Shown piece by piece: positions 39,212 through 49,322 of a DNA stretch of 64,000 bases (position 1 is its first letter; each line of letters begins with the position of its first letter). The position numbers and the translations under genes are program-made. The DNA comes from Thermoplasmata archaeon (GTDB lineage Archaea; Thermoplasmatota; Thermoplasmata; Thermoplasmatales; GCA-001856825), in NCBI GenBank assembly GCA_049965815.1, contig JBMFVV010000001.1, positions 21,484 to 85,483 on the forward strand. Reading direction: 5' to 3'. A model generated the notes under the pieces. The model saw nothing but the letters and a program-made list of their open reading frames with translations. It had not been told where the DNA came from and did no database searches.

Positions 39212-40520
39212 CCTTTCTCCTCCTCTTCGAAGTGGCAAACTCGCTTGTACCACTTGCAACAATCTCGTAGAGTGTTGCTTTCTTGCCTGATGACGGTCTC
39301 AGGAGCCTTCCAAGTCTCTGGCGGAACTGCCTTGTTGAGCCAGACCCGCTTAGTATTATGCCTATGGATGCATCAGGTACGTCCACTCCCTCGTCCAGGA
39401 CTCTCGAAGTGGCTATTGCAGTCACGTCCCCCCTCCTGAACATGTCAAGGTATTCCTTCCTTTCTGGACCTGGAGTGAGGTATGTGATGCACGGCATCAG
39501 GAATTCCTTTGATATGAGGTAAGAGGTGTTAGTATCCTCTGAGAATATGATCGTCTTCTCTCCCCTGTGCTTTGAAAGCACATACCTGACCGTATCCACC
39601 TTCACCCTTGAATTGAAGGCTATCGACCTTGCCTTCCTCCACGCAATAAGCGCTTCCCTCCCCTCAGGATTCCATGAGGAGAGGATGAATCTTTCGAAGT
39701 CCCACGGACCCCTCATCCTCATACGGTGCTTCCTGAGGTAGTTCAGGAATACCTTCCTGTTTTTATCGTATTCCTCCTCCTCTTCCTGTTCCAGTTCAAC
39801 CGGTATCCTGATGATCTCATAGTCAGCCAGGAATTCAGTCAGTTCCTCGTAACCCAGTTCAAAGACCTTACCTCCCATGAACTGCTGCAGTCTCTCGTGA
39901 AGCATGTCGGTCCTCTCATATGTGGCAGTCAGCCCCATCCTGTAAGGGGATGCGAACATCCTGGCAATCTCCACATAACGTTCTGCTGCTAGGTGATGCA
40001 CTTCGTCAACTAGCAGGAACTTGAATCTGTTGCCAAGCTTCTCGGCCATGAGATATGCAGAGTCATAAGTGCTCACTGAAATGTCCTGCACATCTTTCTC
40101 TCCTCCCCCTATCTGCCCTACCTCTATGCCGAATGTCTTCTTCAGCCTGTCCCTCCATTGCTGCACAAGCTCTATTGTGGGTGCGACGACGAGCGTTGTG
40201 GTTGAAAGTCTTGACATGGCCTCGATTCCAATATGAGTCTTTCCAGCAGCGGTAGGAAGAACGACTGCTCCCGAGAAGGAATTGGATGACCACAGGTCAA
40301 CTGCCTTCTTCTGATACGACCTTAACTTTTCTTGATGTTTCAACACAACATTTTTTTCACTAAAAACAAGGTCCTCTGCATCTGGGAAATCAGCTTTTAG
40401 TCGTGAGTACAAGTAACCCTCTGCCCGGTATGATTGAGTACGCCTATCAAAGGCGACATAGTCCGGGACTGAAGGAGGATCGCTTATGATGATGGTGCCA
40501 GATTGGTAGCTTAGACGCAT
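39183..40520 (-). CDS. xpb: XPB/Rad25 DNA helicase
   Basis: LRSYQ, LPTAAGKT, DEVHH, GLTATYERTD, LDEGVDVPDA, QRLGRLLR. Confidence 0.93.
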   Translation of the reverse strand: MRLSYQSGTIIISDPPSVPDYVAFDRRTQSYRAEGYLYSRLKADFPDAEDLVFSEKNVVLKHQEKLRSYQKKAVDLWSSNSFSGAVVLPTAAGKTHIGIEAMSRLSTTTLVVAPTIELVQQWRDRLKKTFGIEVGQIGGGEKDVQDISVSTYDSAYLMAEKLGNRFKFLLVDEVHHLAAERYVEIARMFASPYRMGLTATYERTDMLHERLQQFMGGKVFELGYEELTEFLADYEIIRIPVELEQEEEEEYDKNRKVFLNYLRKHRMRMRGPWDFERFILSSWNPEGREALIAWRKARSIAFNSRVKVDTVRYVLSKHRGEKTIIFSEDTNTSYLISKEFLMPCITYLTPGPERKEYLDMFRRGDVTAIATSRVLDEGVDVPDASIGIILSGSGSTRQFRQRLGRLLRPSSGKKATLYEIVASGTSEFATSKRRRKGVPDSTDVS

Positions 40521-40650
40521 TCTTCCAGAATATATGATGGAAGATATTTAAGGGTTGTTTTCTCCGTATATCTTACCTGCCCTTCCTTCAGAATTTTAAA
40601 TTCTTAAATCAGTTTTGCAGATTATGTATTATAGCTACAAAAGATGAAGA

Positions 40651-41041
40651 GTGACATACTCTCCGTGCTAAAGCACTGGAGTTTTTGCTTTTGCTTGCTG
40701 TTACTCCTTCACCCCTCACGGTCTGGGAGCATTTTGTAGAGCCTCCATCCTTGAGTTTCAATGTCGTTCCTGAGGTTGCCTCTTTGGGGGTATCAATACT
40801 CCCCTTGCACGCATCCCTGTCTACGTGCAATCTGGAACGTCTTTGCCCACAACGCTCTGAGCAGATTGTGGAAGCATTCCAAACCAGCCATTGACTAGTT
40901 TTGCTGTGGTAGTATCCTGCATGCATTCTCCTTCGTAGAAAGACTTATCCACAGGACTTTCCGCATGCATGATATCTCTTTTTATACTTACATACTTCTC
41001 GCAATTCATCTCCTCCCCGAAGGTCGGAGCTTTCTTGCTCA
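40651..41041 (-). mobile_element. Non-autonomous, internally deleted IS200/IS605-family (tnpB/IS1341-type) element
   Basis: Left-end-like hairpin GCAAGAAAGCTCCGACCTTCGGGGAGGAGATGAATTGC (41038-41001); right-end-like CTCCAGTGCTTTAGCACGGAGAGTATGTCAC (40681-40651); residual TnpB-like peptide SKTSQ...CSERCG...LHVDRD. Confidence 0.65.
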
Positions 41042-41162
41042 TCTCCCTGTAAATATATTAGGATTTCAATGTCCTATAGAGAGATGGGAACTACTCTTTT
41101 CACAATGTGATCTTGATCCCCAACCCTATGTAATTTCTTGAATAGGATTTCTGTTGTTTATT

Positions 41163-41192
41163 CACTATAGACTACAATTATACATTATAGTG
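41163..41192. promoter_or_regulatory. Candidate TA-operon autorepression operator
   Basis: Inverted repeat CACTATA-N16-TATAGTG spanning the TATA region just before the antitoxin. Confidence 0.45.
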
Positions 41193-41197
41193 TAATA

Positions 41198-41428
41198 TTG
41201 GTTACTGTGACAATCACAACCATTCAAGTCAAAGAAGACACAAAGAAGACTCTGCAATCTATGAAACTTCACCCGAGGGAAACTTACGAAGAGGTAATAG
41301 AAAGACTCATCGAAGACTTAAGTGAACTGAACGACGAAACAAAGAGGGAAATAAAAGAAGCTAGGAGAGAAATCGAGGCAGGGAAGTTCGTCACTCATAA
41401 ACAGCTGAAGAAGGATCTCGACCTTTAA
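41198..41428 (+). CDS. Antitoxin (archaeal RelB-like)
   Basis: TTIQVKEDTKKTL...RETYEEVIERL, acidic C-terminus; 1-nt overlap with relE. Confidence 0.85.
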   Translation: MVTVTITTIQVKEDTKKTLQSMKLHPRETYEEVIERLIEDLSELNDETKREIKEARREIEAGKFVTHKQLKKDLDL

Positions 41429-41682
41429 TGGAATACGAAATCGTCTGGTCCATTAGTGCCTCCAGAGAGATGAGACGTCTCGATAGATCTGTCGCAAAAA
41501 GAATCTACTCCAAGGTGGATCAACTCAAGGAAAAACCAGAAATATTGCTTGAAAGACTAGTAAATCCCCCATGTTACAGACTGAGAGTTGGTGATTATAG
41601 GATAATTCTTGACATTCAAAATGAAGTTCTTAGAATTTTGACTTTGAAAGTTGGGCATAGAAGTGCCGTTTACGACAAGTAA
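41428..41682 (+). CDS. relE: RelE/ParE family toxin
   Basis: YEIVWS..A.REMRRLD, YRLRVGDYRII, KVGHRSAVY. Confidence 0.92.
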   Translation: MEYEIVWSISASREMRRLDRSVAKRIYSKVDQLKEKPEILLERLVNPPCYRLRVGDYRIILDIQNEVLRILTLKVGHRSAVYDK

Positions 41683-42073
41683 GAAAGAGACACAAATCGT
41701 ATATCGAAGCTTCAATCGAATTCTGACCAGTCTAGCCTTACCTATCCGACTCTGCATTTTCACCACAGTGAAGGGAAGGAAAATGCTTAGATACGCTGAG
41801 AAGGAAGATAGGAAGAGACTCCAATGAACAAAAGTGAGTATCTACATTTGCAACCAGAGTCACATATAAGCGACTGGAAATCGTTGCAACCTCAAAGGTC
41901 TTTAGACATGAGGATGTTCAAGCAAAAATCGATTTCTATGTTGATCACAACAAGAACAGTGCATTTCCAACCACGGGAAAATCAGACCGACGATGTTTAG
42001 AGAGAGCTAGAAGAATGAGACTGAAAAGAAAAAAAGGACGTCATGAATCTTGAGAACTATGGACCACTAATAA

Positions 42074-42145
42074 TGGACTGGCGGGGATTTGAACCCCGGG
42101 CCTCCTCCATGCCAAGGAGGCGATCTTCCGCTGATCTACCAGCCC
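42074..42145 (-). tRNA. tRNA-Ala (GGC)
   Basis: GGGCTGG/CCAGTCC acceptor with G3:U70, CCTCC-TTGGCAT-GGAGG anticodon arm, GGTTCAAATCC. Confidence 0.96.
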
Positions 42146-42456
42146 TCACTTTCTTCCCACTTGCGCAGGCGAACTAATCTGCATCTAACGTCATTATATA
42201 TTCTTTGGCGTCGATTTAACGAACTCACATTCCAGATGAAAGTTCTCCCCTTCATGATATTCACGCTGAAGCATTAGAACGCTATGTTGTCTTCAAGAAC
42301 TTGCGTTTCGTCTATTGTATTCCCGAATGCATATAGGATGACCAGATTGACCACACAGGACATGCGGTATATCAGCCTTATATCCTTACTGACACGCTAT
42401 ATGCTTCGTTTCCCCTGAAACATCACTAATTTATAGAGTTCCATACTACCCTGACA

Positions 42457-43353
42457 ATGGGAAACTCCGTAATCGATTTCATAATCATGACGAAGCCCAG
42501 GGTTTGGGTGTTCCTCTTGATTACGGGGATTGCGGGGGAAGTGTTCGCCCTTAGCATACTCAAGAGCCTAGACATAGTTGGGTTCTTCTTTGTTGCATTT
42601 TACATCGCTCTAGGGCTCATGGGGTCGGAATCAGTATCAAATTATTTTGACCTATCTATAGACAGGAAGATGAAGAGGACGATGAACAGGGCCCTTCCTT
42701 CTGGAAAGATGAGGCCAGAGGTCGCTCTTTACGGGGGAATCATACTCATTCTTGTTACTTTAGTCCTCGCAGCCATCAGATCTCTTTGGTCTCTTGTCTT
42801 CATGGCAACAGGAATATTCGATTACACCATAATATATTCACTAATTTCAAAGAAGAGAACCTCCTGGAACATCATTCTGGGGGCATATTCTGGAGGAGCC
42901 CCATTACTTGCAGGTTTCTATGCATTCACCTCATCCTATAATACTGTTGCACTACTGATGTTCCTTACCATATTCATATGGACGCCTCTGCACATTTGGT
43001 CTCTTTCAATAAAATACAGGGATGATTATGCGGCAGCTTCAGTTCCAATGCTTCCAGTTAAGAGAACGACAAAGCAATCAATGAAAGTCCTCTTTCCTAT
43101 AGCCCTTTTGGCTGTGGTCATAACCGTTCTGACGGGCTATGAATTCAGAAACTACTTCAGTTTTTACGTGGGAATTATAGTCTTTGTGATTTACCTGGCA
43201 CTCGGAATATCACTGCTGGTTTCCTATCTCAGGGCATTGGTAGATCCGGAAAGAAGGATAATGAAACTTTTTGTATCGACTAATATATTCATAGGAATCT
43301 TTTTTGTATTTATTGCTATCTTCTCATTACTGATACCGTTCATAGGGGTTTGA
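42457..43353 (+). CDS. cyoE: Protoheme IX farnesyltransferase (heme o synthase)
   Basis: TKPR, IDRKMKRTMNRALPSG, KKRT, WTPLH, YRDDYAAASVPMLPV. Confidence 0.93.
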   Translation: MGNSVIDFIIMTKPRVWVFLLITGIAGEVFALSILKSLDIVGFFFVAFYIALGLMGSESVSNYFDLSIDRKMKRTMNRALPSGKMRPEVALYGGIILILVTLVLAAIRSLWSLVFMATGIFDYTIIYSLISKKRTSWNIILGAYSGGAPLLAGFYAFTSSYNTVALLMFLTIFIWTPLHIWSLSIKYRDDYAAASVPMLPVKRTTKQSMKVLFPIALLAVVITVLTGYEFRNYFSFYVGIIVFVIYLALGISLLVSYLRALVDPERRIMKLFVSTNIFIGIFFVFIAIFSLLIPFIGV

Positions 43354-44054
43354 AAATGAAAACAATGCTGATGTATCTTGAAGATTCGTATCTGAAAGAG
43401 CTGGATGCCGAGGTTGTTGAAGTCGGAGAGGGAGTGATCCTTGATAGGACTATCTTCTATGCAGCTTCCGGCGGACAGCCTTCAGACCTTGGAGTCATTG
43501 AAGGGAAAATGGAATACGTGGTAAAGGACGTCGCAAAGAGGGAAGAGATTGTTCACATTACTGATCCCCTTCCGTCAGTAGGAGAGAAGGTCAGACTGAA
43601 GATAGACTGGGAAAGAAGGTACAAGCACATGAGGCAGCATACGGCAATTCACGTTGTTTCTTCAATTGCAATGAAAGAATTTGGCGCAATGATAACCGGG
43701 AATCAGATAAATCAAGACTATTCAAGGATAGATTTCAACTTCAAGGATTGGAACAACGACATATCAAAATCATTACAGAACAGGGTGAATGAGGAGCTCC
43801 TGAAAAATCAGGATGTCACGGTACTTTCAATGAAGAGGGATGAAATACTGAGTGTGGAAGGTGCGCTAAAGGTTGATCCGAAACTGCTTCCGTCTTCTGA
43901 AATCCTCAGGGTAGTGAAGATCGGAGAAATAGACATGCAGCCGGATGGCGGGACTCACGTGAAGAATACTTCTGAAGTGGGTACTATTGATATTTACAAG
44001 ATAGAGAACAAGGGGAAGAACAACAAGAGAATGTACTTCTCCCTTCACAAATGA
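43350..44054 (+). CDS. alaXM: Alanyl-tRNA editing protein AlaX-M
   Basis: [35 protein letters not shown]. Confidence 0.9.
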   Translation: MKMKTMLMYLEDSYLKELDAEVVEVGEGVILDRTIFYAASGGQPSDLGVIEGKMEYVVKDVAKREEIVHITDPLPSVGEKVRLKIDWERRYKHMRQHTAIHVVSSIAMKEFGAMITGNQINQDYSRIDFNFKDWNNDISKSLQNRVNEELLKNQDVTVLSMKRDEILSVEGALKVDPKLLPSSEILRVVKIGEIDMQPDGGTHVKNTSEVGTIDIYKIENKGKNNKRMYFSLHK

Positions 44055-45148
44055 AACTGCGAGAAGAATCCCTTCTCATTCTTGAACTGTTCCAGGAGTT
44101 CCCTCTGCTTCTTTGATATCTTCTTCGGGAGCAACACCCTAGCCCTCAGGATCACGTCCGCATTCCCCCTACCACTCTTCTTCTGTATTCCTTCGCCCTT
44201 GAGCACTATCCTATCCCCGGGCTGTGTTCCTGGTGGAATGTCTACTTCCTTTTCTCCACGCAGCAGTGATACCTTCACTTTCCCACCGATAATTGCGTCA
44301 ATGAAGTCCACATCCACGTCCTTCTCCAGGTTGTCCCCTTCTCTCCTGAACTCCATGTAGTCTATGTCAAATTTTATCCTCAGGTCTCCGGACCCGCCAG
44401 GTCTGTAATTCCCTTTTCCCCTGAGTACATAGATTTCATCCTCATTGATACCAGCAGGCGGTGAAATCTCTATCTTGTCTTTCTTCCTCACGAAACCTGA
44501 CCCGGAACATACGTGGCAAACCTTCTCTGGTATCTTCCCCCTCCCGTTGCAGGTCCTGCAGACTTCAGTCGTCCTGAAGAGTATGAAACCCTGATTAGAC
44601 GACCTCTCTACGTAACCCCTGCCCTTGCACGTTGGACAGGTCACCAGTTTCCTGGTTTCAGATCCCGTTCCGTCACACGCTTCACATTTCATTTCCCTGA
44701 AGTAATATACCTCGATCCTCTCGTTCCGGGCTATTCTCCTTATGTCTATGGGTATCTCAACGTACGCATCAGAACCTCTCAGCTCTCTCTGCTGACCTGC
44801 GAAGCCACCAAATGGATTGCCAAATCCCCCCCCTCCAAACCCAAATTGGGAGAACAGGTCTCCGAATATGTCCTGGATGTCCTGATAGTGGTGGAACTGG
44901 TTCCAGTCAAATCCTCCCTGGAAATTTACACCCTCTTCCCCATACTGGTCGAACCTCGCCCTCTTCTGATCATCCATAAGGACTTCATACGCTTCGCTGA
45001 TTTCCTTGAACTTTTCTTCAGCCTCTTTCTTGTTCTGGGGGTTGAGATCAGGATGGTACTTCTTTGCTAGCTCCCTGTAGGCTTTCTTGATGTCTTCCTT
45101 GGATGCCTTCCTGTCTACTCCCAGTACAGCGTAGTAATCCTTACCCAT
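44045..45148 (-). CDS. dnaJ: Chaperone DnaJ
   Basis: J domain with HPD, G/F region, four CxxCxGxG repeats. Confidence 0.97.
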   Translation of the reverse strand: MGKDYYAVLGVDRKASKEDIKKAYRELAKKYHPDLNPQNKKEAEEKFKEISEAYEVLMDDQKRARFDQYGEEGVNFQGGFDWNQFHHYQDIQDIFGDLFSQFGFGGGGFGNPFGGFAGQQRELRGSDAYVEIPIDIRRIARNERIEVYYFREMKCEACDGTGSETRKLVTCPTCKGRGYVERSSNQGFILFRTTEVCRTCNGRGKIPEKVCHVCSGSGFVRKKDKIEISPPAGINEDEIYVLRGKGNYRPGGSGDLRIKFDIDYMEFRREGDNLEKDVDVDFIDAIIGGKVKVSLLRGEKEVDIPPGTQPGDRIVLKGEGIQKKSGRGNADVILRARVLLPKKISKKQRELLEQFKNEKGFFSQFHL

Positions 45149-45161
45149 TCATATCAGAAGT

Positions 45162-47009
45162 TCATTGACCCTTATTTTCTTTATCTTCGTGAATTTCCGT
45201 CTCGCCTGGGTTTGACTCTGAGGAGGTTTCACCTGGCTGCTGTGATTGCTGCTCATCTGACTTTACATTCTTGTACATATATTCCCCGATTTTCTGTATC
45301 TCCTTAGTCAGGATATCCATCTTGTCCTTTATTGCCTGTATGTCCTTCTTCTGTATCTCGTCCTTCAGATCCTTCAGTTTGCCGTTGATGTTATCTTTGA
45401 TGTCCTGCGGAATCTTGTCACCATAATCTGCGAGCGTCTTTTCAGTGGAGTATGATAGCGCCTCAGCGTTGTTTATTGTTTCAATCTCTTCCTTCTTCTT
45501 CTTATCCTCCTCTTCGTATTTCTTGGCTTCCTCCTTCATCCTGTTTATCTCTTCCTTGCTGAGTTTTGTGCTTGATGTTATCGTTATACCGCGCTGCTTG
45601 TTCGTTGCTAGGTCCTTTGCAGTAACATTCAGAATTCCGTTGGAATCTATATCGAATGTCACTTCAATCTGCGGCATTCCCCTGGGGGCTGGAGGTATAC
45701 CCTCTAGCATGAACCTTCCCAGTAATGTGTTGTCCTTTGCCAGTGGTCTTTCTCCTTGCACTATCACGATCTCTACTGCAGTCTGGTTGTCTGCGGCCGT
45801 GGAGAATATTTGAGACTTCTTAGTGGGTATCGTTGTGTTCGCATTTATAAGGGGGGTGGCCACTCCACCAAGTGTCTCTATGCTGAGCGTTAGGGGTGTT
45901 ACATCCAGTAGAACTATGCCCTTTACATCTCCAGCCAGTACAGCACCCTGAATGGAAGCACCTATTGCTACGCACTCCATTGGATCCACGCCGCTTTCGA
46001 CTTTCTTTCCCATTATGTCCTCAACGAACTTCTTGACTATAGGCATCCTTGTGGGTCCTCCAACAAGGATGACCTTGCTTATATCCGAGGCTGATAACTT
46101 TGCTCCCTTCAATGCCTCCTCAATCGGCTTCCTGGCCCTCTCAATGATCGGCCGTACAAGATTCTCCAGATCTGCCCTGGTTATGGATATCAGCAGATGC
46201 TTCGGACCATCTGCTCCGCTGGTTATGTATGGCAGATTTACCTCAGTGGACAGGGAAGTTGAAAGCTCAATCTTAGCCTTCTCTGCAGCATCCTTTAACC
46301 TTATATAGGAATTCTTGTCCTTCCTCAGGTCTATGCCGTTTTCCTGCTGGAATTTTGTTGCAAGGTAATTTATGACAGCCTCATCCATATCTGTTCCACC
46401 GAGCTTTGTATCACCAGATGTTGAAAGCACTTCATACACCCCGGAACTGAATTCCATTATTGTGACATCCAGTGTTCCTCCGCCGAGGTCGAAGACCATG
46501 ATTCTGTGTTCGCCTTCCGTCTTGTCAAGCCCATATGCAAGCGCCGCCGCCGTCGGTTCGTTGATTATCCTGACCACTTCCAGGCCTGCTATCGCACCTG
46601 CATCCTTTGTAGCCTGCCTCTGGTTGTCGTTGAAATATGCTGGAACGGTTATGACTGCCTTACTGATCTTTTCACCGAGATACTTCTCTGAGTCGTCCTT
46701 AATCTTCTGGAGGAGGAACGCTGACAGTTGCTGAGGAGTGTACTCCTTCCCCCTCACCTTGAACTTATAATCTTCACCCATCCTCCTCTTGAATGCGTAA
46801 ACGGTTCCCTCTGGGTTTGTTAGAGCCTGCCTCCTTGCAGGTTCTCCAACCAGCAGCTCCCCGTTCTTCGTGAATGCGACGTAGGAGGGGAATGCTTTCC
46901 CACCTAGGGTCGTCCCTTCGGAGCTGGGTAGCACAACCGGCTTACCCGCTATCATTACTGCTGCCTGCGAATTGCTTGTTCCTAAATCTATACCTAATAT
47001 TTTTTCCAT
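45162..47009 (-). CDS. dnaK: Chaperone DnaK (Hsp70)
   Basis: [29 protein letters not shown]; AGGTGA SD before ATG 47009. Confidence 0.98.
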   Translation of the reverse strand: MEKILGIDLGTSNSQAAVMIAGKPVVLPSSEGTTLGGKAFPSYVAFTKNGELLVGEPARRQALTNPEGTVYAFKRRMGEDYKFKVRGKEYTPQQLSAFLLQKIKDDSEKYLGEKISKAVITVPAYFNDNQRQATKDAGAIAGLEVVRIINEPTAAALAYGLDKTEGEHRIMVFDLGGGTLDVTIMEFSSGVYEVLSTSGDTKLGGTDMDEAVINYLATKFQQENGIDLRKDKNSYIRLKDAAEKAKIELSTSLSTEVNLPYITSGADGPKHLLISITRADLENLVRPIIERARKPIEEALKGAKLSASDISKVILVGGPTRMPIVKKFVEDIMGKKVESGVDPMECVAIGASIQGAVLAGDVKGIVLLDVTPLTLSIETLGGVATPLINANTTIPTKKSQIFSTAADNQTAVEIVIVQGERPLAKDNTLLGRFMLEGIPPAPRGMPQIEVTFDIDSNGILNVTAKDLATNKQRGITITSSTKLSKEEINRMKEEAKKYEEEDKKKKEEIETINNAEALSYSTEKTLADYGDKIPQDIKDNINGKLKDLKDEIQKKDIQAIKDKMDILTKEIQKIGEYMYKNVKSDEQQSQQPGETSSESNPGETEIHEDKENKGQ

Positions 47010-47010
47010 T

Positions 47011-47493
47011 TTAATCACCTTTGTTGAGAATTACTAACTCTGGCCTGATTACTCTGTCTCCGATTGCATATCCTCTCCTGACTATCTTCTTGATGGTGTT
47101 TGCCTCACCACCATCTTCCACCCCTATCGCTTCATGTCTGTTCGGATCAAACTTGCTGTTGTCGTCTATTGCAACCAGCCCCTCTTTCTGAAGGATTTGC
47201 TCGATCTGTCTCTTGATAGCAAGTGTTCCTTCGTCCTTCACGTTTTCCAGGCTGTCAAGGACAGGCAATAGCTCCCTTATGATCCTCTCAGAGGCGTATT
47301 TCGAGAGTTTCATAGACTCCTCGCTGATCCTTTTCTGGAAGTTGTCAAGGTCTGCTGCAAATCTTAGATTCTGCTCCTTCATCTCCTGGATCATCTTCTC
47401 CTTTTCAGCTACATTCTGTTCTAGCATCTTCACTCTTTCTGAACACTCTGATAGGGAATGCTTTAGAGACCGATAGTAGGAGACAGTTGGCAC
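47011..47493 (-). CDS. grpE: Nucleotide exchange factor GrpE
   Basis: [28 protein letters not shown]...RVIRP. Confidence 0.95.
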   Translation of the reverse strand: MPTVSYYRSLKHSLSECSERVKMLEQNVAEKEKMIQEMKEQNLRFAADLDNFQKRISEESMKLSKYASERIIRELLPVLDSLENVKDEGTLAIKRQIEQILQKEGLVAIDDNSKFDPNRHEAIGVEDGGEANTIKKIVRRGYAIGDRVIRPELVILNKGD

Positions 47494-47641
47494 TTACCCT
47501 TATTTAGCACTTCTATAATAATGTTATCATCGATTGGTTGTGTACCAAAAATTCTCATATAATGCGGCATCCAACAGCTCACATCGCTGTTAAATGGTCC
47601 GTATATTCCATTATTGTTTCAGCATATGCAAATTTTCCCTT

Positions 47642-48190
47642 CTATGATTTGTGTTCATGCCTCTTCACAAACATCTCTTCCGTTACAATCCATTTCTTCC
47701 CTGCATCATTTGTGCTTTCTGACCTGCACCTGAACGAATCTTTCTTCACGACGTAGAAGATCCATCTCATGATCCTCCTGCTGTTCTCCCTGGATTCAAG
47801 TTCAATATCCCTACCCTTCTTTCTTCCCGTGAAACTTCTTATCGTAGCCTGGTTCGGTGAAATCCATATGCTGTTCCAGGAATCGGTATCCGGGTCATAG
47901 ATGTGGATAGTAGTTCCGCCCGTATCGACAACCCCGTGATCAGTGGATTTCCAAACATCCTGTACTGCAGTTCCTCCAAGGATCCACCCGGCATGGTATT
48001 CGCCTTTTGAAATTAACCAGGAACCATCCTCCTGAAGGCTTCTGGCTTCTACAATATCCCAATCACCTACGAATTGACCGAACAACTTCAGCTTGTTCTT
48101 TAGTGGACTGAACGGACCACTCGCGTTGAGCTGTCTGATCTCTGGTTTTTTTGAGATTCTTGCTATTTTCTTCGCAGGCATGACTTTCAA
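47642..48190 (-). CDS. Hypothetical beta-barrel-like protein (DUF1579-like)
   Basis: LFGQFVGDWD, GWILGG.AVQDVW, GTT..YDP, W. Confidence 0.65.
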   Translation of the reverse strand: MKVMPAKKIARISKKPEIRQLNASGPFSPLKNKLKLFGQFVGDWDIVEARSLQEDGSWLISKGEYHAGWILGGTAVQDVWKSTDHGVVDTGGTTIHIYDPDTDSWNSIWISPNQATIRSFTGRKKGRDIELESRENSRRIMRWIFYVVKKDSFRCRSESTNDAGKKWIVTEEMFVKRHEHKS

Positions 48191-48349
48191 TAGTGCAACC
48201 GGACTATATCAATTTCTCGTGACTGGGCCTGCAATATTGCGATATTAGATTCTATTTGCACTCTAAACTTGATATGTGTTATTTACAGGAAAACATATAT
48301 CGTGAACTCTATAACAGTCCGCAATGAATATAGGAGAACTGAATGAGAA

Positions 48350-49243
48350 ATGGCTGAAAAGAGAGAATTTCCATCCGCTCAGGTCACAAGCCTGATACTA
48401 TTCATACTGTCGTCCATTTTCGCAGTATATCTGGCGAGCATAGCGCTGCAGGCTAAGCTGCTTACTTCTGCCAGCAGCACGACATCTGGATTCGGATATG
48501 TTGCTTACTACCTGGTTGCAGCGATAGTATTTTCTGTTCTGCTGATACTGCTCGCAAGAAGATTTAAGTTGAATTTCCTCAAGTGGCTGTTCATAGCAGT
48601 GATAGGTCTGATGGTTTTCTACGTCTGGAACTACCTTGGACTGGTGATTGCATATACCCTGAATGAATACTATGCTATCATAATAGCAGCACCTGTCATA
48701 ATGGTACTCGCACTTATACTGACCAACAAATGGTACGTTGTCAACATAGCTGGATTCTTCCTCACATCCGGGATGGCATTCGTACTTGGATTCATACTAG
48801 GTATCTGGGCTGCAGCAGTATTCCTGACAGCATTCGCAATATACGACTACATATCCGTCTATAAAACAAAACACATGATAGACCTGGCCAGGATTGCAAT
48901 AGATAAGGACCTCCCAATGTTGTTCTTGTTTCCGACAGACTTTTCCAAGGATGTTGGAAAGATCCAAATCACAGAAGACGGAGTTGAGGGACACACCGTA
49001 ATGGCACTTGGATTTGGGGACGTGGCATTTCCGGGAATAATGGTGGTGTCATCTGCAATCTACGGCATAAAGATAGGACATCTTGTTCCATTTCTTATTT
49101 TGCCTCTGATTGGAGGCATCGTCGGAATGGTCTATCTTGTAATGGGCAACGTAAAGAAACCTGCCCCAGGTCTCCCTTTCCTTAACACAGGAGTGATCGT
49201 TGGAACGCTGCTTTCATATCTTATATTTGTCGTCATTCACTGA
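48350..49243 (+). CDS. Presenilin-family intramembrane aspartyl protease
   Basis: About 9 TM segments; YD, LGFGD and PGL motifs. Confidence 0.9.
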   Translation: MAEKREFPSAQVTSLILFILSSIFAVYLASIALQAKLLTSASSTTSGFGYVAYYLVAAIVFSVLLILLARRFKLNFLKWLFIAVIGLMVFYVWNYLGLVIAYTLNEYYAIIIAAPVIMVLALILTNKWYVVNIAGFFLTSGMAFVLGFILGIWAAAVFLTAFAIYDYISVYKTKHMIDLARIAIDKDLPMLFLFPTDFSKDVGKIQITEDGVEGHTVMALGFGDVAFPGIMVVSSAIYGIKIGHLVPFLILPLIGGIVGMVYLVMGNVKKPAPGLPFLNTGVIVGTLLSYLIFVVIH

Positions 49244-49322
49244 ATAATACTGTTGTGATTTTCACAACATTCTATTTTTGACCAAATGGAATGCGAATTC
49301 CCTCCTACAGTCGGTTTGCCCA

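Noticed and set aside
40609-41042. ORFs 40609-40926, 40685-40894 and 40821-41042 as real genes
   Set aside because: They run across IS-end hairpins and are better explained as a decayed tnpB element
41824-42000. 58-codon ATG ORF between relE and tRNA-Ala
   Set aside because: No family features; lies in a degenerate islet
47505-47531. TTAGCACT upstream of grpE resembling a CIRCE half-site
   Set aside because: No matching GAGTGCTAA second arm at 9-nt spacing and no hrcA in the window
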